From Amoebophrya sp. A120 (Eukaryota > Protista > Dinoflagellata), in NCBI GenBank assembly GCA_905178155.1, contig CAJINV010000001.1, positions 2,964,265 to 3,028,264 on the forward strand: a stretch of 64,000 nucleotides of DNA, read 5' to 3'. This document shows, one piece after another, positions 1-12,875 of the stretch (position 1 is the stretch's first letter; each line of letters starts with the position of its first letter). Position numbers and translations under genes: made by a program. The notes under the pieces are model-generated. The model was not told where the DNA came from and ran no database searches. It saw nothing but the letters and a program-made list of their open reading frames with translations.

Positions 1-3000
1 GTCGACGTGGTGCCGCCGCTTGCATCAGAACGGTTCGTCAGAGGTGTTTCCCTTTCGACGATTCTGGGAGGTGGAATTTCGTGAAAGATTTGCCTGACTT
101 CCCTACCACCGCTAGTACGTGGGTATGGAGGGGTTTGTGAAGCTTGTGCACGACCCCACCTGTTGGGAACCACACTGGTGTTCGTACCAGCGTGTTGCCC
201 CGGCGGCAGTTCGAATTCTCGCAGTGCGCTTTCGGGAACAATGGGATAGCCGGTATAAGCCGCGACTGGCGTCATCGCTTGTTGTGCCTCTTGCTCCCCG
301 GTGATGTGTTGAACTCCGGTCGTCCCTTCTCCACCTTCGGCAACCGCTCGCGCCAGCAGCGCTCCGAAATAAGATGGGCCGCCGCGGCCGCTCGGGTGCG
401 GCTGCCGCGTTGCCGGCGGACTTGGTCCTCTGGGTGGTGCAGCCGTGTCTCCCACAGAAAGCCCCCCGGATACGTCGCTCAGAGAGGGCGACGCTGCAGA
501 GGAGCGCGAAGCGTCGGACCGCGTCGTCAACGCCGGTCCGACGGAGAACGTGGTCGTATCCACTGCCCCTTCCTCTCGAAGATGATCTTCCCCGGCCGCC
601 GCGGCGGCGGAACAGGACATATCCGCGTCGACCTTGCTTCGCTGCCTCCTCGGCGAAGAGCAACGGGACCGCGCCGGCGAGGACGAGGGCACGGGCGAAG
701 CCACGGACGACTCCGTCTCGGTGGGCGTTTCTGCCTGAGAGAGCGGCTGCCGCCGCAGCAGCAGCACTGGAAGATGATCCTTGCTGCATCAAGAAGGTCG
801 GCGGGCCGAGGCCAAATTTCGAGGGCTTCTTCCTTTCCTCCACCTCCGCAAGCTGCACGGCGAACGGGTAGTGTTCTTGTTTCTGCGTTTTGAAGAACTC
901 GTAGGAGATAGACGCGGTGGGGACTAAAGCTTGTCCAGCAGAAGCTTCAGCCGTAGATTTGTTTCCCATCAAAACGTCGGCGGCGAAATTCTCGCTGTGC
1001 ACGAAGGAACTGTGCGGCACCCGGAGACGCGCGTGGTGCAGCTCTTGCGTTACCGACACACCGGTCTCGCGCAAGTCGTAAAAATACGGGTCGTAGTCGT
1101 TGTCGTAAAACATGACGTGGTACAGTTCTTTCCCCTTTTTGTGCTTCCTGGTTGCATTCACCTCCTCCGCGATCCTCAAGACCCGGCAGGGCCGGAGGGT
1201 GTCGGTATCGGTAGGGATTGAGCCAGCACGGACTTTTTTGTGAACGCAGTACGGTGCAGCTGCTGCAAAAGGACCAGATGAAGATGAGGAGCTTGTTGCG
1301 CCACTAGTACTTCCATGAGCTCGACACGACGCCGCCCGTCTGCGCGCGGCCTTGCTTGGCTTGCCCTGGGCGGCCTTCGCAACCATCTTCGCGGCCGTTT
1401 TCACGGCTTTAAACGCTTTCATTGGGGAACTGGTGACGGCTTTCTGAATTTTCGTCAGAGTAGACTTCTTTTTATCGTTTTCCAAATCCACGGCCTTGCA
1501 CATGTACAGGGGCTCCACGTGAGCTTTCGGAAGCTTTCGCTTTTCCATCGCGTCACGCTGGAAAGCGACGAGCGTGTGCGTCAGCGGGAGTCGATCGTCG
1601 CGGAACACCATGCGCCGGGAGCACTTCACCCAGTCGTGGTGCTCGCGCAAAATGTGTTCTTCAGCCCGCCAGCACCAAGAATCCATCGAAAGCTGCGCTT
1701 CCAGGGACAGAACCTGCAGCTCAATTTCCCACGCCGCGCGCATAGCGTTCATGTGCATCGGCAGCACCCGCATGGTCAAATCCCACTCGGATTTTGGCGC
1801 GGCGGTCTCAGTGGCCGCTAGCTTTTTGCTCTTCTTTGCCGCGGTGCCTTTCTTGCCTTTACTGCTGGTTTTAAGAGCGCCAGATGTTGTAGGTGCGACG
1901 GGAGGCACGAAGGGAAGCGTTGCATTGATGGGCTTTTTTGTGATTGGGTGCAGCTTCAGGCCGGGGTTACTGGTGCTTTCCAGCGTTCCCTCCGTGTTCA
2001 TGATGGACTCCACGCATTCCTCGCAAAAGAGGGTCGGGTTCTGCTGGACGTTCAAGCCTTGGAACGGAATCTTCATGCTGGTTTGCACAGAACAAGCTTG
2101 ATGCGGCTTGTTTTGTGCCTCAGCCTCTTGCGCAGTTCTCACGAGCTGCGCCGGCGCGCGATCCACGTCCTGCGACGGGTGCTGGAGCCAGGTTCTCGGA
2201 ACGCCGTGATTGAGGTAAATGTCTCGCTCGGTGGACGGGGAGTTTCCGGATAGCCGCGCCCTGCTGTTGTCTTGCGTCGTGAGCAAAATGTGCATGAAGC
2301 GCTTGTGCGACATGCAGACCCCGCACTGCGGCGTCTTGACGTGGCCGGACCTCGTGGTCAGCGCCACTAGCTCCTTGTGCTTGCGAATCATCTGCTGGCG
2401 CACCCACCACCGGAGCCAGGCCTGCGACATTTCGCTTTTAGTACCCTGCAGGGCCGGCTGGTCTTGAAATCTGATCCAGCGCATCGCCTCGTCTTTGGTT
2501 GGTAGTGCCCCCGAAGCTTCTTCTTCTTCCGTGACTGCGAAGGGAGCAAGACGGAGCCTGACCTGTCGCGGCATCATCATGCACGCGGTCGCAGGCTCGA
2601 AGTCACCGGGCAGCTTCGGGTAGTTTCCACCCTGGTCGAGGCGCCCCGTGGGATCGTAGAAAGGGATCGCCTGAACGAAAAAATTCCCCTCCGTCGCATC
2701 GAAAGCGGTTCTCCGCGTATAGACATCCCCTCCGGAAGATGCAGCCGCTGTTGCCCCTGATGTCGGAGCAACGGGCGACCCCGCTTTTGGCGGCATCGAC
2801 GTGGTCCCGAAGCTGTGCTGTCTACTACTAGGTGCACTGCCCCTTGAGCCGATCCGCGCGGGCGGTAGTGATCGAGCACGCGGCCTACTAGTCGTTACAG
2901 CTCTTCTCGCGGAGCTTCCACCAGCGTCAAAGGCCGTGCCACCTGCCCCGAGTGCAAATGCTTCCTCACCGGGCTCCCACACCCCTGCGCCGGCTTCAAG

Positions 3001-4153
3001 TTCCAAGCTTGCTGTTTCCGCTTCGGTAAATGGCAAAGTCTGCTTCTTGCGGTCACCGTTTTCCGGTTTCCGGAGCGGGTAGTAGGTCGTCAGAATTTCG
3101 GCGGCATCGTGGCCGTCGAGCAGTGTATACGCATCCCTCAGTCCCGGGTCGCTGGCCCGTCTCCGCGGAGTCAGAAGCCCAGCGCGGGCGGCTTGACGGG
3201 GCGGTGTTCGCTTGGTTGGAACCTGAACGGGCACTCGACCCACACCGTAGATCTCTGTGCACACGACACTGACAGAGAACCTGATCACCACCTCCTGTGC
3301 GTAATTCCTGCGGGCATTTTCCAGAGCCTGGAGTTTGTCTTTGTTTTTCTGATCCCGAGCCATTAGCACTTTATTCTGCACCGCCGCGACGTAATGCTCG
3401 CCCCCGGGAATGCCGTCAAAGCTAGGGGTAAAGCTGCTGTGGTCCGACGTCTCGAAAACGGATTTGCGTCCCTTCTGCAGCACGGCTGATTTGTTCATGA
3501 TTCTCGTCGTTGTCCCTCCTGTAGAGAAATATTCATCTGTCGGTGCGTGGGAGAAAACTTTGAAGGTGTTCGCGACAGATTCCGTGTCAAGATTCGCGGC
3601 GAAGGGCTTCGTACGATAGAGCAATTCCTGCCCCGGCCTGTTGTCCTTGTTCCGACCAGAATTTTTGTTCAAGTAGAGTTCCGCGTGATACCATAACGAC
3701 AGAGAACTTCCGTTGGGAAACAAAAGGCAACGGCGGCCGGTAGTCATCCAAAATGCTGCGGCTCGGCGCCTCGACGTTGTAACAGAGAGGAGGATTGTGC
3801 AGGAACAGGCTTTTCCAAGTGAATTCCTGCCCGTCGCTGGACGAAGAACTGGACGCCTTCAAATCTCGCCAGTACTTGGCCTTCGGGAAGACTTTTCGTA
3901 AGTCGCAGAAATACTGCATGCCCGCTCGCTTTTCCAGCTCCGTCGTAAGCACGAAGGTGAGGTCATCCTGTGCTTCCTCTGCGGAGCTTTGCCGCATCTG
4001 ATGATGATCGGTCGACGATGCCGCAGTGGAGAGTGTGGCGGCCGTGATCTCCGTCGAATTTTCTTCCGTGTCGGACCATAGGCTGCGCGCGGCTGGCGCC
4101 GGAATCCCCTCCAGAAACAACCATGAAAGCGAAACTGCAACTGCGATACGCAT
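1..4153 (-). CDS. Large hypothetical protein with a signal-peptide-like N-terminus and a split RING-like Cys motif; two frame discontinuities; runs off the window start
   Basis: ORF 3587..4201 has the hydrophobic start MRIAVAVSLSWLFL. ORF 112..3747 carries CGVCMSH...FCEECVESI...HPITKKPI. A third frame is open from about 735 to base 1 (SQAETPTETESSVASPV...). Confidence 0.6.
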
Positions 4154-5370
4154 TTTGTTGATTGGATTGATCTGGGCAGCGGTAGAAGCGCCACAGTTCA
4201 TGTCACTTGCGGAGGACTTCTAGAAGATCGAGCGATAAGATATTATGCGACTTCCTACTAAGACGGTCTTAGAAGGTAGGGTTTCAGTTCCGAATCGGAT
4301 TCGGAGTCGCTTTCCAACACGACGTACAATTTCTGAAAAATCAATGTTGTAGCTGTAGGATCGGTCCAGTCAGTTTCACGGTAAGGCAAAGGCTCGGCTT
4401 CGGAGACAAGCTAGTCAATGTCAAATTTTTTCCTAAGTACGTTTCACTTTTCCTTGTTTACTGAGCAGAGCTAAAACCAATACGGAAAACAATATCGATA
4501 TCTTTGCCGGGCGATGGTAGACTTTTTCAATAGATCGTGTCAATTTCCTAGTTTAGTTAAAGATTTTGTGTAGATGAAATTCTTCAACCTAGCGGCGTTG
4601 CTCGTTGTGGAATGCTTTGGGGAAGTTGTCTATAAACTTTCTGGAGATCTGGTGAGTGGTGAGTGGGAGGAAGAGGGATGAGTTTCGATCATGCTTGAGA
4701 TTTCTTTCATCTTTGTAGCCTCGCCATAGCAAGGACATCGTAGTGAAGATGCTGTGACACTACTAAACCGAATCAAATTCGAAACCTTATTTTCATTTTG
4801 CCTTTCGATCAAATAGGGTGAGCGAATTTTTCTCCTTCAGGCATTTTCGGATCATCAAGGAGAAGGACACCGAGGCTTTGCAGATCTCATTTTCACATTA
4901 GTCGTTAATCGAGTGCGAATAATTCTCACAAAGAGGTAGAGCGCGCACTGACTATGACCGAGGACCGACTATGCGAGGTTTCGTCGAAGGAATGTGAGTG
5001 CGGGATGAACATCAATGATTTTCAGAATCGCAAATACAAGGAGCACGAAATCATACACTTCTTTTCGACATACGAAGGCAAGGCTTCTTTTTGTCTCATG
5101 TTGATGATGGCAATTTCTCAACATGCACTCAAGGACGTAACGGAGACTCGTGTTACTTGTCTGGATTTCAGAGAATGAGAAAACAGCGTAAGGGAATGAG
5201 TATGGGAATCTTAGGAATATGGGAACTAACTTTAATCGCAAATTTAGTGTTTCTATTTCTTTACGAGAAAGTACTGACAAGGGACATTACTAAAAAAAGA
5301 GCGATGTCCTCGCAACTACCGGTGCAAGCTCGAGGACTTGATCAAGAACCGAATGAGTAGTTTTCCTCCA

Positions 5371-8300
5371 TCATGAAGCAGCCGCAGGTGCCGAGGGAGC
5401 AGCGCTACCACCAGCAGCACCAGTGGACGGACTAGTAGCACCTCCGGGCGCCGCTGCGTTCGCCGCTCCACCACTCGTAGCTGCATTACCGCCTTGCTGC
5501 TGGATCCGGCTGTTAATCCACTGGTCGTTTTGATATTTGCCTCGGATCCGCTGTTCGGTCACGGTGGCCGCTTCCAGCCACCAAGTGTACCGACTGTTTA
5601 GGAACGGGTTTGACTGGATCAGATCTGGGTACGTGCCTCTTCTCCTCTCCATCTTCTCACACCAGATATCCAACGCGTTGCGGAACGTGGGACTTATCCG
5701 CCGGCCGTGGTACAAATCGTGCAGCAAATGCCACACCGCGTCCGACCCGACCATCGTTGCCGGGACGACTTGCGCCTGCTCTAACTCCACCCAGGTGGAA
5801 TGGGAGATTTTCGCGCCCTCGAGAATACGCTTCAAGCTGGTGAAATTGTAATTGACCGTCCTGGTATCGCCGACGACGGACTCGTACAGCGTGTACATCT
5901 GCTCGCGGACCTCCTCGACGAGCAAATCCGGAAGGGTTTCTTCCAACTCGTAGCGGTGGCGAAGTTTCTTGCCCGTGTCTTCATCTTGCAGACGGCGGAG
6001 GATCAGCACAAACTCGCCCCAGCTGTAGTGTTTTTGGGACAATCGAAAGATGAAGATCACGACATCGTCTTGCTTCAACTTGATGCTCATTGACAAAAGT
6101 AGAAAATCAGACGCATACTTAGACGACATTATTCGGTACGTATGTTCCGTTGGCATTCACAGAGCAAGTCAAAGCTTCCTATAAAACCAGAACAGGTCGA
6201 AAAACAAGCAACAACGCAATACTCAGTGCAGCCGTCTTGATCCAGGTCGCATTCCTTAACCAACTCAACCAACGAACGCTGTTCGTCTTGCGTTAAGTCC
6301 ATCCCGAGCTTTTCCAACAGCTCAAACACCTTCTGCGACCGCATTCCCTGGGCGTTTTTCCCGGCAAATTTGTTGAAGCCCGGGCGGATCAAGTCGACTT
6401 CTTCCTTTTTCCAGCCGCCGTTGTCTAACCCCCGCATCCACAACAACCGCGTGATTTCCAGAATCACCACCGCTACTTCAAAGTGCACCTCGGTTTCCGC
6501 ATCCCGGAGGTTCTTCGTTTTGCACAAAGCCCCGGTGAGAGCCGGGATGAGTATCAAATGCAAAAATGTCTGGGTCTGGAAGATTGCGAGATTTGTCATG
6601 CTGATCTGGCATGGCCCTTAAATCTCTATTGCGTGGCCACAAACAGCCTTTCTCCGCGCCTGTCATGCAAAAACGCAGTTTCTCATGCGGAATACGCAGC
6701 ACAGTCACAGAGGCACGAAGCAACTTATCATGCTTGGCGGCGCATTACAGCGCATTTGTTTTTGACTGACTTGCATCACAAGTTTCCAGACCCAGACATT
6801 TTTGCATTTCATAATGAAGTGGATCAAGCCACTGATGTGCTCGCGGACGGTTGGATACCGGATTCGCAAGCACTATGGAAGCGTCAGGTTTGAAATCGTC
6901 AAAGTTGAAATAATCTGTAATGCATAAAATGCATGACCCGAGGCACGTGTGTTGCAGAGCAGGCCAGTGAGGCCGATTGTAAGCCTGTTTGGGGTTACAG
7001 CTCGAGCTGCTGAAGTAGCATGAGAAAATCACTCTTTTTTGCCTAAACAGCATGACAAACTGGATTTAGGGACCACCGAAATTTGTCATGCGCCACTTAG
7101 AAACTGGGTTCCAACTGGCATCCATTTTATGCATGACAAATTATTTCAACTTTGTCGATTTCAACTCTGACACATCCATAAGTACTGCACGATCAGTTTC
7201 TGCAGGTGTTCTATTGGCACCCAGCCGAAGCCGGTCCAGTTCGGGGCGGATAGGAGATTTTCCAGCTCGTCCTTCTGACTGTCGACAGCCGACGCGCTGT
7301 TCATCCGCTGCATAGACATACTCCCTTGCTTACCCTTCCCCTTCATCCCTTTCGGTTGGGGTGTGGGTTGCGGGGTTGGCGGCGGAGGCTGAGCGGGCGC
7401 TGTTCCGTTCGCGTTTGTAGTAACTATGGTGGAAACCACACCGGTTCTGAGCAAAAAGTACATCATGAACTGATCGGAGAGCCAGTTCAGATCTTCTCTT
7501 GGGTACAGCAAAAGCATCTTTTTCCATGTCCACCCGTACTCGGACACGGACCGGAGTTGCTGACTCGCCAGCATTGTGATCTTCCACCGGGAAAGCGCGC
7601 TGCCGAGATTGCCCTTCACCTGCAGTGGCTTTCGCAAACGGAAATTCGCGATCAAAGCGAGTTTCGTGACGGTATTGGTCCCCGGGTGGTTTTCCTCGGC
7701 GCCCGTTGTCTTTTTCGGCTTTCTCGTGCCGTTTTTCTGCACATCCATGGGGGGCGGTTTCGCCGTACTCGGTCCGCCGACGGAGTTAACCCTCTCGTTG
7801 GCCTCGTTCACACTGGCCGGGTTCGGGGGTGGCGGACTGGGCGGGGGTGGCGGTGCGCGACCGCCCAGTAAACCGAACAAACCGCCGCCCGCTGTTGCTG
7901 CCGGAGGCGTTTGCACCGGCTGGTCCTCTTTTTCCTCCAATTCACTGCTGTCGCTGCTTTCGACTTCGTTCTTCAAAACGAAAGACGGGTGCAAGTGCTT
8001 GTTCGCGTGCGCGACGGTTTTATGGGGAGACACGACCGCCTCGATGCCCTGCCATCGGCTGCCTAAAGTCAAACCTTCCTTCTCTCTTTTCCCGACCATG
8101 AGCTCCTTCGCTGCCTTCCGGTACGCCACGAGCAGACTCCGCCCCCACTCAGAGGACTCAACGGTCAGATTGTTGTCTTGGTCTATGTCGATCGGCTTCT
8201 CCACGACTTGCCCGGGTTCCACCGACGGGCCTGTCCTTGGCGGACCGTCCTCGTCCACCTTGGCGGGTGTTGCTGTGCCGGAAGTTTGCGCGGTGGTGTC

Positions 8301-8540
8301 GCCGCCGCCTTGTTGGTCCCCGTTTCCGCCGGGGGATTTCGTGCCGTTCTTTTTCTTCTTCGCCAGCCGCTCGGTCTTCTGGCGCTCCATGTCCGCCACG
8401 AGGCGCTGCGTGGCAAAGTCCGCGATGTCCTGTCGGCTGGCCAGGGGCATTTTCTCCACGAGCTGGATCAAATCTCCCATGCGCGTCCGCACGTACTGAC
8501 CCAACATGTGGGCCTCCTTTTGCTCGGAGGCGGGAGCCAT
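5371..8540 (-). CDS. EF-hand-containing protein, 4 exons (two TIR introns, one GT-AG intron at 6023-6222); paralog of the gene at 10074-12875
   Basis: Removing elements 6874-7180 and 6552-6813 (each plus one TSD) gives ...IVQYLRIRYPTVREHISGLIHFIPALTGAL.... Removing the GT-AG intron gives the EF loop DLDQDGCTDWGE followed by FVLILRRLQD. Confidence 0.8.
6552..6813. mobile_element. TIR introner, family B, 262 bp
   Basis: TIRs tatcaaatgcaaaaatgtctgggtctggaa / ttccagacccagacatttttgcatttcata; flanks atgag/atgaa (4 of 5 match); removal restores the frame. Confidence 0.9.
6874..7180. mobile_element. TIR introner, family C, 307 bp
   Basis: About 60-bp imperfect TIRs (tatggaagcgtcaggtttgaaatcgtcaaagttgaaataat / attatttcaactttgtcgatttcaactctgacacatccata); flanks agcac/agtac; removal restores the frame. 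Confidence 0.9.
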
Positions 8541-8867
8541 GTTGACGTCAGAAGCTAGTAGGGTCGAAACAAATTTAGATCGAGTGAATGATCAGATAAT
8601 TGAATGGGAACAAAAAGACTAGGAAGTTAGTAGCGTCAAGACGAAGTCGTAGATTTCTGAATGTTGCTCATGGGTATTGTGAAGCCAGGGGTACTGACAA
8701 ACACAAGTAGGGTAGCCTGATCCTGTGTTAATTTGAAACGGAAAGCGCTGCGGTCGACTGCAGAAAGCAAAACGTTTCGACTTCACGGGCAGGAACGAAA
8801 ACGCAGGACGAATACGAATTAGCACCAAAGTTCAGGCTCCGCTTTATCGGTTTAATTGCCAAATATA

Positions 8868-9585
8868 GCCGCCGGGGCGGGGGTAGTGAGGTCGTGGGCG
8901 TTTTTTTGCCGGCCGCAGCCTTGGCCGCGGCTTTGCTTTTTACGGGCTCGCCATACCACCGTGAGTAACGTTATGCCGCACGGTATGGCGGCCACTTGGG
9001 AAACGTCGCAAATTTTGCCACATTTCCAAAATTCCTTTCCGAAAGCCAGCCCCGATGCTATGGGGCCGATCCGGGTGCCACGGGGGGCGCCCCAAAAGCG
9101 AACAAAAACCGGGCCCATAGCATGCGGATTGGCTTTGCGCGTCTGGTGCGCTTTTTATTTTTCGCGTTTTTATCTTTCACGCCGGCGCTTTTTGCAAAGC
9201 TTCCCAGGCTCTAAAACCGGCGAAAAGGCGGCCGCTTTCGCGGCCGCCCAAAATGCTCCGAAATCGCGGCCGTGCCATGCTGTTTCGCTGTTCTGATTTT
9301 GGGCGCGTTTCTTGCGCGCCCCTTTTGGGGCGCCCCAAATCGCCAGAAACTAAGGCGGCGGGCGCCTCAGAAGGGCGCCCCTTTTGCCGGCTCCCCTGCG
9401 TCGTTTTATCAAGCGGGAATCGATAGTTTTCGACCGGGCTTTTTTGTTGGCAAAGCTCCGGCCGCTTGATAATTGAAAATCTTTTTCGTCAAAAAACACT
9501 CCCGCCCGCTTGAAAACTGCCGGTCGTTTTGCTGGCTGGGTGTCAAAAAAACTCCCCGGTTAGAACCGTTCGGTGACCTCACTAC
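8868..9585. repeat. Candidate intergenic MITE-like element, rich in homopolymer runs and palindromes
   Basis: 11-bp inverted repeat gtagtgaggtc (8883) / gacctcactac (9575-9585); atata at 8863-8867 and 9586-9590; recurrent gggcgcccc palindromes; composition differs from the flanks. Confidence 0.45.
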
Positions 9586-10073
9586 ATATAATTTCAATTT
9601 GTCGAATGGACGACTACCGACTTCACTGTGCCTGCAAAAATGCAGCACGACGGAGCAACCGTAATCAGGACGGAACGATGATTTTTTTAAAATTATGGGA
9701 CCGACGAATACGAATCCGTCATTGGCATCAAGGTCAACCGAGTGGGACTGAATACTGGCGAAACACGAAAATTGCATGAAAGGGTAACCAGAAACAAGGA
9801 TGGCATAAGCCGCATGCGCACATCCTTGTTGGCGGTATTCAACTCAAAGCCACGATAAAAGTTGATCGGCGTCATCAAAAGTCAATCGCGTTTGTGAGTA
9901 ACCATGAAAGGGGATACCTAGTGCAAGAGAACAAGAAATTATAGAATAAAAATCACGGGTAGGTACAAATGAAATTGTGAATGCGTGCTGATGAAGAGAA
10001 TGAAAACAGCTTTGCGCGGACTCGGCTGAAGACGGAGGTACAACAGCGACTGAAGGGGTTCTTCGTGAGTTTC

Positions 10074-12875
10074 CTACTTTTTCTTCATCTTGCCCATCAT
10101 CTTTGCCGCCATGCTGGCCTTCTTCATCAACGCCGTGCCCTTTTTGGTATAGTTCGCCTTTTCGCTCTCCCGGGCCTCCCTTTCCATGGTGCGCTGGATT
10201 TCCTTGCCCTTCATCCTTGCGGCGAGCCAGTTTCTCTTGCGGATACTCTTCATCATCGCACCGATGATCTTACGCGCGTCGTGGACCCAGGCGGAGCTCG
10301 CCAGGTACTTTCGGAACTTAGTTTCGTCCATCATGATGTGCCTGTCGGACCTGAGGTTGTGTTATTTCACGACGTTTTCGTATAATAATATAATTAGTCC
10401 GTTTGGCGTAGTATATTCTTTTACACGACCAGCTTCAAAAAACAAAGAGACACCACAACAGATCAACTACGCGAAAGAGAAAGTATACCACATATCCACG
10501 TGCTCTTTCATAGTTGTCGGTCTGATTTCCTGCGGAATCGGCACATCCTCCAAGCCCTTCTCAATCACCGGTGGCGGTTTCGAAGCCAAGTACTTCGCCC
10601 ATTCTAACAGTAAATCGTCGTGCTCGTCGTACACCCTTGCCATCAACCGGCACGCTTGTTCCCGATCAAAGTCCGACGGGAGTTGCAGTTCCAACCGACT
10701 TAATTCCAGCCGCTGGACCACCTTCCGCAGGTTTTCGAAATCGAAGGAGGAGCAGATCGTGCGTAAATCGAACAAGTTGTACATCTGGACGATATCGTGG
10801 TCGGTCGCTTTTGGTTCCGCGTCCATCTCCAATAAGTATTGCCACTCCTCGACGAAGACCGGAGGTAAGTGTTTCACGTGCGTGTTGCACTGGACCATCT
10901 GCGTGGTTAACCGCTTGTCTTGGAACCTTCTCAAAATGTAGAGCAATTCCTTGAAGTCAATAAACCCATTCGCGTCCTGATCGCACTGCCGGTAGAGCAT
11001 CGCGAGGAGCGCCCGCTCTTCGGGTAGAAGGACAAAACCTGCTTTTTCCAAGACATCGAAAATCCTCTCCGCCCTCAACCCGCCGGACTCCATCTCGTCC
11101 ATGTCGAAACTGTTGAAGATTTCGGATAATTCGCCTGTTTCCGCCGCGTCGAAGCCGCAGTTTTCCGCGTACTGCAGCCAGTAGAGCCGGGAGACCTCGA
11201 GGACGACGCAAGCGACTTCGTACGGAACCCTGCGGATGCAGGACCGGACTGCGGAGGGGGTTTCGCTGAACACGATTCGCAGCACGTCCTGGAACATGTC
11301 CGTTTTGAAGCACTGCAACGGGGAAAGGAGGTCCGCTTTCGGGTAGAGCATACGGAGGTAAAGTGGTATCCAGCTGCTCAGCGTCGACAAGTCCATCCAC
11401 GCGTAACTTAATTTTTCCGCGTCTTCCGTCGCGCCGTGGCGTTGAAGTTGGTCCAGTTGCGAGATGTAGTTGCAAATGAAAAAATCCGCAACGAGGTTGA
11501 GCTGAAAGGAGTTGAAAAGGGATTGCAGTCGTGACCACAAATCCTGGTACTTCAGGAAGCTCGATTGTTGCCCCGCGGCCAAGCTGACCCGCTGCCATCG
11601 CGTGATTTTCTCCTGAGTAAGGACCCCGAGCGGATCCTCGAAAATTCCACACACGTAGTCCGCGCGGTCCAGTGGCGGCTCCATCAGGGTCGGATCGGGC
11701 AGTTCTTTCATCTTCGGTTGCTCCTCACCCCCGTCCTGCGGGTTCTCCGCCTGTTTATTGTCCTTGTCCTTCTTGGATTTTTTCTTCTTGTTTGGATCTT
11801 TCTCCTTGCCCGGTCCTTTTTCCCCGGTAGTTGCTCCTGTATTCGCTGCGTCTATGTTGCCTTCCGCATCCGCCGGCTGGTCCGTCAAATGCCCGAACTC
11901 TGCTTGTGATGCGCGAAGCTCCCGCTCGATCTGGTCTTCCAGCGTCTCGGCGCGCTGGTGGTTTTCAACATCCGCGAACGATATCCGCTTGGACTTTTTC
12001 GGCGTTCCACTGCTCGCGCCGGACTCGGACTCGCTGCCTGAGGACGACTCCTCTACCTCTTCCGGCTTTTTCATCGCTCGGCTCAGGGTCGCCCACTCGG
12101 AAAGATTCGAGCCCGTAACTTTGCTCTTGCCGAACAACTCCACAGAGGAAGTGACCGGCGCGACCCCTGCGTTCAAAGCCCGCTCTTGGAGTTCGGACAA
12201 AGACACGCCTTCCGGCAAGCCCAGCGAGTCTTTGTTCCCCCCGATGGAATAGTAGCTGTCCATCAAACTGCTCGCCGCCAGTGCCCGATTGTGTTCGGAG
12301 TCGAACGCGTTTCCGCCGGCCTTGCTGAGAAATTCGAAATTCACAATCAAGTTCAGTTCTTTCACTGTCACCGCGGAAAGATGGGTTCTGTCCTCCATAT
12401 CGGCGGCTTCATCGTCGTCTTGCCGCTCCGTCCGTCTCGTCATGAAACCGCCGGCCGCTTGGCGCAGAGCGACAACCGCCGCGACGCCCTTCCACTGCCC
12501 GCGATGGCTCCAGCCGGCGACCCGGCGCAAAGCCTCGTCCCGCCCGTTGTGCACGTCTTTGTAGCCTAAGAGCAAGTCCCGTCGCCACTGCATGTCGAAA
12601 TACTCAATGGCGCGAACCAGCTGTTTCTCCTGCTCCAGGTCCTCCGCCGCGCCGAGCGCGCGGAGTTTTTCTTCCCGCTCCCGTTCCAATCTGCGGATGT
12701 AGGACCGTGCTTCCGGGACCAAGATGCGAAATCTCTTGCCGTCCTCGTCGATCGAAAATAACTCAAACTGCTCCTCGGACCGGATGCCATTCTTGATCGC
12801 CTCTTTGCGGTCGCGTAAAAACCCGAGAACCTCGAGGTCCTCACGGACGAACCCACGACCGCGGCGGCGCGACAT
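10074..12875 (-). CDS. EF-hand-containing protein; long exon plus a basic terminal exon
   Basis: 802-aa ORF with the EF loop DQDANGFIDFKE. A GT-AG intron joins HVDMW to SDRHIMMDETKF... (ORF 10074..10334). Confidence 0.8.

Noticed and set aside
6023-6222. Apparent non-canonical intron with a cact direct repeat
   Set aside because: A normal GT-AG pair gives a well-formed EF loop (DLDQDGCTDWGE), and there are no TIRs.
7576-8499. Long plus-strand ORFs opposite genes (also 22460..23119, 46919..47590)
   Set aside because: They are antisense shadows of low-complexity minus-strand coding sequence.
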